Positions 58,229 through 64,000 of a stretch of DNA of 64,000 nucleotides are shown here, one piece after another. The position numbers and the translations under genes were made by a program. Within the stretch, counting starts at the first letter, position 1. Every line of letters starts with the position of its first letter. The DNA lies in assembly GCA_964543375.1 (NCBI GenBank), contig CAZIYD010000001.1, positions 6,527-70,526 on the forward strand, written 5' to 3'. The stretch comes from an uncultured Muribaculaceae bacterium. GTDB taxonomy: Bacteria; Bacillota_I; Bacilli_A; RF39; UBA660. The notes under the pieces were generated by a model. It was not told where the DNA came from and searched no databases. It was given only the letters and a program-made list of their open reading frames with translations.

Positions 58229-59572
58229 TTATTTGTTTTCTATTCTAATTTTTACTGTTTTTACTTTTGGAGTATAGGTAACTCTAATGTCTGAACCGGT
58301 TAGTTTTATAGGTAACTCGTGTTCCCCAATACCATAGCCCGTTAAATCTACAACTGCCTTTATAGTAGAAACATCTATATTGTTTACTACTGTATCAACA
58401 CCTTTTAATATAATCGTAATTTCTGAATCTTCTTTAGTAAGAGCTGTTGCTTTATACTTCTCTGATAAACCGTCTATGTTTATTCTAACTCCATTTAATT
58501 CTTTTGTTGTTTCTTCTCCTATAACTAAATTTACTACGGTACTATTTTTACTCACATACTTAACCCCACTAGGTTTTTCTATAGTTGCTGTAATTTTCCT
58601 ATCTTCATTTAATTTATCTACATTAACTTCTATAGGTATAAATGTTATATTATCTAAAGCTGTTTGGTCTCCATATATTGTAACTTCTTTTATTTCACTC
58701 GTTATAGAACTAATTGCTTTACCAAAAGCGATAGTTCCTTTAGGCACTAACTTTATTGGTACAACCTTATTTGGAGATGCTATTTTTATTTTTGCAGTTA
58801 CTTTTGATGGCACGGTTTCTGTTTCTACTATATTCCCTTTGTTGTCATAGGCAACAAGCGGGATATCCGTTAATTCTAGTTCTCCAACATCTGGATTAAT
58901 TAAGTTATTTATATCGACTAAAGCCTTTACGCTTGCTATGTTTTTTAATTTATGTTCAGCATCTTTTATTATAACTTCTTCTCTATCTATTTTAACTTCA
59001 CTAACAACTAATCTTGAGTTAAGTTTATCTTGATTAACTACATCTACATCAATAGATCTAACCTCGGATACTTTAGTATATATTACAACAGACGCGATTG
59101 AGGGATCTAATTTATAGTTTATATTATCTATAGCGCCTTTATATTTTAAGGTCACTTTATGTGATCCGGGTTTTAAATCTTTCAAATCAATTGAAACATC
59201 GTGTGTTGGAAGTTGTTTTGCTAAATATAAATCTGATCTTCTACCAATCAAAGTTATATCTACTGTCGTTGGAAGACCCTCTATTACATAAGCCTCTTCA
59301 TTATAAATGGTATTTACCTTTTGAGCATATAATACTTCTGCTGTTGTTTCAGCTAGTGTTAATGACTTAGTATCTACAAAAAAGAAAAACGCTAGTGCTA
59401 TAAGCAAAGAAATTATAACTAAACTGCTCTTGTTAGTAAACAATCTTTCAAAGCCTTTTAATTTCTCTTTAAAAAAATCAAATATTTTAACAAAGAATTT
59501 TGTTATAGGAAAAATTATTACTTTATCTAAAAATTTAAAAACAACTTTAAAAAAGTGTTTTATATTCATCAT
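58229..59572 (-). CDS. cdaR: YbbR-domain protein (CdaR-like regulator of CdaA)
   Basis: N-terminal transmembrane segment, repeated YbbR-like beta domains. 4-nt overlap with cdaA. Confidence 0.6.
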   Translation of the reverse strand: MMNIKHFFKVVFKFLDKVIIFPITKFFVKIFDFFKEKLKGFERLFTNKSSLVIISLLIALAFFFFVDTKSLTLAETTAEVLYAQKVNTIYNEEAYVIEGLPTTVDITLIGRRSDLYLAKQLPTHDVSIDLKDLKPGSHKVTLKYKGAIDNINYKLDPSIASVVIYTKVSEVRSIDVDVVNQDKLNSRLVVSEVKIDREEVIIKDAEHKLKNIASVKALVDINNLINPDVGELELTDIPLVAYDNKGNIVETETVPSKVTAKIKIASPNKVVPIKLVPKGTIAFGKAISSITSEIKEVTIYGDQTALDNITFIPIEVNVDKLNEDRKITATIEKPSGVKYVSKNSTVVNLVIGEETTKELNGVRINIDGLSEKYKATALTKEDSEITIILKGVDTVVNNIDVSTIKAVVDLTGYGIGEHELPIKLTGSDIRVTYTPKVKTVKIRIENK

Positions 59573-60387
59573 AAATCTTCACCCTCTTTTTCTATAGTTT
59601 CTATCTCATCAAAACTTTCTGTTTTTGGTTCTAATTCATCAATTAAAATGGTTTTTGTTTCATCTAGTGTTAAATTATAGTTTAGTTCTCCATTTATTGC
59701 TATAGAAACTCTTCCGGTTTCCTCAGAAACAATTATAGCAATACAATCTGATTCCTCACTTATTCCAAGAGCTGCTCTATGCCTTGTTCCAAGTCTTTTA
59801 CCAATTCTCATATCAATGCTTGTTGGGAATATTGCTCCCGCAGACGATATTTTATCCCCTTGTATAATGACGCCTCCATCATGAAGTGGATTATTTGGAA
59901 AAAATATTGAAATTAAGAGTTCACTAGATATCTTAGCATATATTTTTTTAGATCTCTCTATATAGTCTCTTAAACTAACATCTCTTTCAAGCACTATTAA
60001 AGCCCCAATTTTGGCTTTCTTTAAATAGTCTACCGCTTGTACTATCTCAAACACTAACTCTTCTCTTTCACCTATTGTAAGTGTTTTATGGCGTCCTAAA
60101 AGCTGTGTTCTCCCAATTTGTTCTAAAGCACCTCTAATTTCTGGTTGAAAAATTATTATCAAAGCAAGAGGTCCCCACATTATTAAATATTCAAATATTA
60201 AACCAACAGTTACCAAACCAAGAGTATTACTTAATAATTTGATTAATAACAGCGCCAATATACCTTTAAATAATAATGTCATTTTTACATTATTTCTAAT
60301 ACTTTTTAATATAAAGTAAAATACAAACCAAACAAGTATTACATCTATTATCTTTTTTACTACAGTCCAAACTATTTCAATTGTCAT
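59569..60387 (-). CDS. cdaA: Diadenylate cyclase CdaA (DisA_N domain)
   Basis: Three N-terminal transmembrane helices, and DAC motifs DGGVII, RHRAALGISEESD. Confidence 0.8.
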   Translation of the reverse strand: MTIEIVWTVVKKIIDVILVWFVFYFILKSIRNNVKMTLLFKGILALLLIKLLSNTLGLVTVGLIFEYLIMWGPLALIIIFQPEIRGALEQIGRTQLLGRHKTLTIGEREELVFEIVQAVDYLKKAKIGALIVLERDVSLRDYIERSKKIYAKISSELLISIFFPNNPLHDGGVIIQGDKISSAGAIFPTSIDMRIGKRLGTRHRAALGISEESDCIAIIVSEETGRVSIAINGELNYNLTLDETKTILIDELEPKTESFDEIETIEKEGEDL

Positions 60388-60395
60388 ATATCCTC

Positions 60396-61091
60396 CTAGA
60401 TCCTATTATTAGATCTATATCTATAATAAGCATATCCAACTAAAGCAAGTATAATTATAACAAATCCAGAAAGAAAATATAACCCCTGTTCTGTTTTTCC
60501 TATTTTTGCTTTACTAATATCAAACTCTATATTTATATCTTTTATGTTTCCATCTTTAGTATATTTCCAAGTGTAAACACCAGAATTTGTATCTACACTA
60601 TCAGCATTATTACTCATAACTCTAAAAGGTAGCTTTATATTAACTTTTAAATCTTCAAATAAACTCGAATATAATTCATCATCCATAAAAATATTTATAT
60701 CTTCTTTAGGTTTAGCTTTATATCCGAATCTATATATATTATTATCATTTAAAATATTAAAAGCACTAAATAATTCGTTTATTATTACACTATCTTTTTT
60801 ATAACTTAAAAAATCTAAATATGTAGTACTTGCAATCACACTTGCGTGACTACTATCAATCTTTTTTTCATAAACATACAATGAATAGTCTTTATTAGAT
60901 GAGTACCTTTCAATATTTGAATCAACAAAAAAATCAACGTTTAATTCTTGCTTTCTTACTTCAAATATAGATTCTTTTATAGTAAGTGATTCTTCTACTA
61001 AAAGATCTTTGCCTATATTCAAGTTATATTCTGCTGTACATCCAACAGTCAGTATAATAAAGGTAATTATTAAAATTGTTTTTTTAATCAT
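60396..61091 (-). CDS. Putative lipoprotein with a C-terminal transmembrane segment
   Basis: MIKKTILIITFIILTVGC lipobox. C-terminal hydrophobic segment plus RYRSNNRI. Confidence 0.45.
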   Translation of the reverse strand: MIKKTILIITFIILTVGCTAEYNLNIGKDLLVEESLTIKESIFEVRKQELNVDFFVDSNIERYSSNKDYSLYVYEKKIDSSHASVIASTTYLDFLSYKKDSVIINELFSAFNILNDNNIYRFGYKAKPKEDINIFMDDELYSSLFEDLKVNIKLPFRVMSNNADSVDTNSGVYTWKYTKDGNIKDINIEFDISKAKIGKTEQGLYFLSGFVIIILALVGYAYYRYRSNNRI

Positions 61092-61173
61092 AATTTATTC
61101 CCTCTTTATCATATTGATTATAACATAAAAAGAAAACTATTAACAAATTAATGTTAATAGTTTTTAAACCTTT

Positions 61174-64000
61174 TTATTGATACATAGTTCTAGGATTTCT
61201 GTCAGCCCAACACGTTACTGTTGGAACCATTTTTATTTTCGCATTACAATCCATAGTTGCAGAAGATCCCGAAGTATATGTATAACCAGATTTTTGTGTT
61301 GCTCCAGTAAATGTATCTTTGTATTCATAAGCATATTTATAACTAGTATTAGATTGAGAAACACAAAGAGATGGATTACTGAACGCTGTTGGATTTGCTG
61401 CTTTACAAGCACTTATTGCATAGTCCTTTGTTGTATAAGAATACTGACTATAATTATTTGAATTAAATACATATCTATACATTGTTGATGATGTATTTAA
61501 AACTCTACAAGTTCCACTAGCTACTCTTTCTTTAGCTTTATCTGTGTCATTACATTTATTAGTTGCTGCCTCTGGTGTAGCAAATATCCAGTCGCTATAA
61601 GCATTTGAACCCGTATAATTATTTGTCATTCCATATCTATATCTTGATACCGCAACCGGATCTGCTTTCGTTACAGTTATTCTACACGGTGCTCCAACCT
61701 TTAATACTTCTGTTGTTCCATTCAAAGGAATACCTCTAACTGTTGTATCAACAAATGTCTCTCCAACTTTTTTAGCTGTTACGGTTCCATCAGCTGATAC
61801 TGTTGCTATTGCTGTATTTAGAGAATTATATGAATATTTAGGTGCTGGAGACGTTTTAAATCCCGAAACACTTATACTCATTTTTCCAGTTTGACCAACC
61901 TTTAATCCAATCGGACAACCACTCACGTTCACAATAGGATTTGCAGGGGTTGTTGGTGTTGTTGGTGTAATTGGTCCTCCAGTTCCTCCAGATGTAACCG
62001 TGAATTTAGTTTCACCAAAATTTAAACTCTTATTTCCTGCTTTATCATAACTCCAAGCTCTCATAGTATAAGAACCTTGTGAGGTAAATGATACAGGCGT
62101 TGATTCATCGGTTTTTGTTATTCCAGCATTATTATTTGTGAAATATTCATATTTTCCAAATCCACTCATTTTAGGACTTGTTCCATCCTTGAATGTAAAA
62201 TGAACTTTTACATTAGTTGTATTGTTATTTTCAACTCTCAATCCCGGAGGAAGAGGAGGAACAGTATCCATATTTAAATAAGATGGTTTTGCTGTCCAAG
62301 CCCCTAGATTTCCTAATTTATCAACTGCACGAACATAAACAAATTTGTTTAAATTGCTTTCTAAGAAAGTCATTTCAACTTCTTTTGTTGTTCCTTCAAT
62401 TTTTATATCTTTTACAGCTTTTGCTTTTACGTCATCATGTGTATATTCATACTTTTCAACACCTATACCAGAATCTTTTGAATCGTATATTACTTTAACG
62501 CTTGGTTGACTTACCCATTTGTTAGGATCCTCTATCCAAGATTTGAAAGTCGTTGTCGGACCAGTATTATCTAATTTTACAACTACTGGTTTAGTTTTTG
62601 AACTTTTCAAATTTACGCTGTTTATAGCGGCAAACGTTAAGTTTTCAACGCGATCTTCTTTAATAGTGAAAATTGCTATATATATTGTTTCACTACCCAC
62701 ACATTTTATACCCTTTGGCAGAGTTTCATTAGGGTTATTGCACCTTGATACAAGGGTTTCTGCTCCAATAGTTTGCAATACTTTTCCGCTCGAATCATAC
62801 ATTTCAAATTTTGTTACTGGAGATTCAGGATCTTTTGCATAAACACTGATTTTTATTTCTTTACCTAAATTTCCTCCCATCCATTTTCCAGATACGTTGT
62901 ATGGATCTTCTAAATTTGCGTTATTATGATATACAACAACATCTGTCGGCGCTGTTGTATCTGTAGTTGGAACTTTTTCACTTACAACTACCTTACAATC
63001 TTTTGTCTTGTTTCCGTCTGATGTTGAAACTTTTATAATACTTTCGCCAATCGCGATTGCTTTTACAACTCCATCAGCAGTTATAGTAGCTACCGAAGTT
63101 TTTGCGCTTGTCCAATTAATAGCTTTGTTTGATGCATTAGATGGTAACACAGTTGCTGACAATGTTTTTGAAGCACCTACTTGTAAATTTAATGTTCCAC
63201 CGTCACATCCTACGATATTTACTCCCGTTACAGAAACTACTTGAGTTCTTTCTTTTACTATTATTTTACACGTTGCTTTGTGACCACCAACAGCTGTTGT
63301 TACTGTAACGTCTGTTGATCCAGGAGCTAATGCTGTTATTAGACCAGAATCTGTTACTGTTGCATAACTTGGTGAAACAGATTTCCATGTCACTGTTTTA
63401 TCTTTTGCATTTATTGGATATACATGAGAAACTAGATTTAATTTGTCTCCAACAAACATTAATGTTTCTTTATTTGTACCACAGTTTCCTATTACTACTC
63501 CTGTAGCATCTCCACCTTCTCCATCTACAACATAAACTTTTATTTTCTTAACAGTTGTATTTCCACTATCATCTTTTGCTGTTATTGTTATTTCAAATCC
63601 ATTTGTGTCCACTTTACACATTTTGTTTTCACCACCAGTTATTGTAACAACTGGTTTTACTTGATTTGGTGCGTCTGATATTACTAATCCTGCTGATATT
63701 AAATCTTGTTCTGTTATGTTGCAATTACTCGTTCTTACAGGTAAGAACATAGGGTCTGGCGCTGTTATTTTAGGTTTAACATCATCATATATTGTGACTG
63801 TTCTACTACATTGTTGCTCTACACCATTTGCTGGTTTAGCAAAATATTCTGTTGTATATACGCCGATTCTATAATAATTAATATTGCCAACTACTGCACC
63901 TGAAGAATCTTTTAAAACCGTTCTAACTGGTACGTCTGCACCTCTACTATCTTTTGCTGTTGGTGTTGGTACTGCTTGTTCATTTCCTAAAGGAATTCTT
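61174..64000 (-). CDS. Large surface protein with repeated bacterial Ig-like (Big_2) domains and a Cys/Tyr-rich C-terminal domain. Partial: extends beyond 64000.
   Basis: Repeated ATVT..G.VTA...G...VT motifs. The reading frame stays open upstream of the annotated Met at 63750 (..TVTIYDDVKPKITAPDP-MFLP..). Confidence 0.55.
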   Translation of the reverse strand, partial: RIPLGNEQAVPTPTAKDSRGADVPVRTVLKDSSGAVVGNINYYRIGVYTTEYFAKPANGVEQQCSRTVTIYDDVKPKITAPDPMFLPVRTSNCNITEQDLISAGLVISDAPNQVKPVVTITGGENKMCKVDTNGFEITITAKDDSGNTTVKKIKVYVVDGEGGDATGVVIGNCGTNKETLMFVGDKLNLVSHVYPINAKDKTVTWKSVSPSYATVTDSGLITALAPGSTDVTVTTAVGGHKATCKIIVKERTQVVSVTGVNIVGCDGGTLNLQVGASKTLSATVLPSNASNKAINWTSAKTSVATITADGVVKAIAIGESIIKVSTSDGNKTKDCKVVVSEKVPTTDTTAPTDVVVYHNNANLEDPYNVSGKWMGGNLGKEIKISVYAKDPESPVTKFEMYDSSGKVLQTIGAETLVSRCNNPNETLPKGIKCVGSETIYIAIFTIKEDRVENLTFAAINSVNLKSSKTKPVVVKLDNTGPTTTFKSWIEDPNKWVSQPSVKVIYDSKDSGIGVEKYEYTHDDVKAKAVKDIKIEGTTKEVEMTFLESNLNKFVYVRAVDKLGNLGAWTAKPSYLNMDTVPPLPPGLRVENNNTTNVKVHFTFKDGTSPKMSGFGKYEYFTNNNAGITKTDESTPVSFTSQGSYTMRAWSYDKAGNKSLNFGETKFTVTSGGTGGPITPTTPTTPANPIVNVSGCPIGLKVGQTGKMSISVSGFKTSPAPKYSYNSLNTAIATVSADGTVTAKKVGETFVDTTVRGIPLNGTTEVLKVGAPCRITVTKADPVAVSRYRYGMTNNYTGSNAYSDWIFATPEAATNKCNDTDKAKERVASGTCRVLNTSSTMYRYVFNSNNYSQYSYTTKDYAISACKAANPTAFSNPSLCVSQSNTSYKYAYEYKDTFTGATQKSGYTYTSGSSATMDCNAKIKMVPTVTCWADRNPRTMYQ

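Noticed and set aside
1-64000. Mollicutes genetic code 4 (TGA=Trp)
   Set aside because: TGA functions as a stop at the coupled ATGA junction at 330..333. The standard-code ORFs are uniformly long and match known proteins end-to-end, so no read-through is needed.

Overview
AT-rich (about 28% GC) low-GC Gram-positive chromosomal segment, apparently Firmicutes / Erysipelotrichia- or Acholeplasma-like. It uses the standard genetic code: long ORFs are intact, and TGA is read as a stop at the ATGA junction at 330..333. Almost all genes are on the minus strand. Housekeeping genes: trmL, leuS with a T-box leader, an ABC-F ATPase, tRNA-Gly, an HtrA-like protease, rpsI-rplM, smpB, RNase R, secG, rpsR-ssb-rpsF, ychF, a DUF951-like gene, parAB, whiA, trxB, lgt, uvrAB and cdaA-ybbR. 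Three accessory modules are interleaved with these. (1) 1..9400: a Tad/Flp-like pilus gene set (CpaB, CpaF/TadA ATPase, TadB, TadC, two TadE-like pseudopilins, an unlisted 56-aa Flp-like ORF, and a TadZ-like protein with a degenerate P-loop). It sits directly upstream of Gram-positive conjugation-type genes: a small Ala/Gly-rich membrane protein, a VirB6/TrbL-like protein, a PrgI/VirB3-like protein and a VirB4 ATPase. (2) 27317..38809: a T7SSb-like locus with EssC (FHA domains plus three FtsK-like ATPase domains), an EsaB/YukD ubiquitin-like protein and two ~100-aa helical proteins that lack a canonical WXG motif. These are followed by a hairpin attenuator, a 1231-aa protein with an LXG-like N-terminus and two transmembrane segments, a 102-aa helical partner protein and a polymorphic effector-like protein. 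No EssA, EssB or EsaA homologue is recognisable. (3) Two paralogous families of putative T7SS substrates are scattered across the window: 11378/27793, and 18006/19530, the latter a recent tandem duplication flanking the tRNA-Gly. Each has a conserved N-terminal helical domain (one with a clear WxG motif), a Pro/Thr-rich linker and a divergent C-terminal papain-fold hydrolase-like domain. Other oddities: an rdgB/Ham1 gene broken in a T8 homopolymer, an ATP-cone protein resembling an RNR but lacking the catalytic residues, an Abi_2 gene, and an orphan HExxH protein. All assignments come from by-eye motif recognition on the supplied translations. No database search was run.
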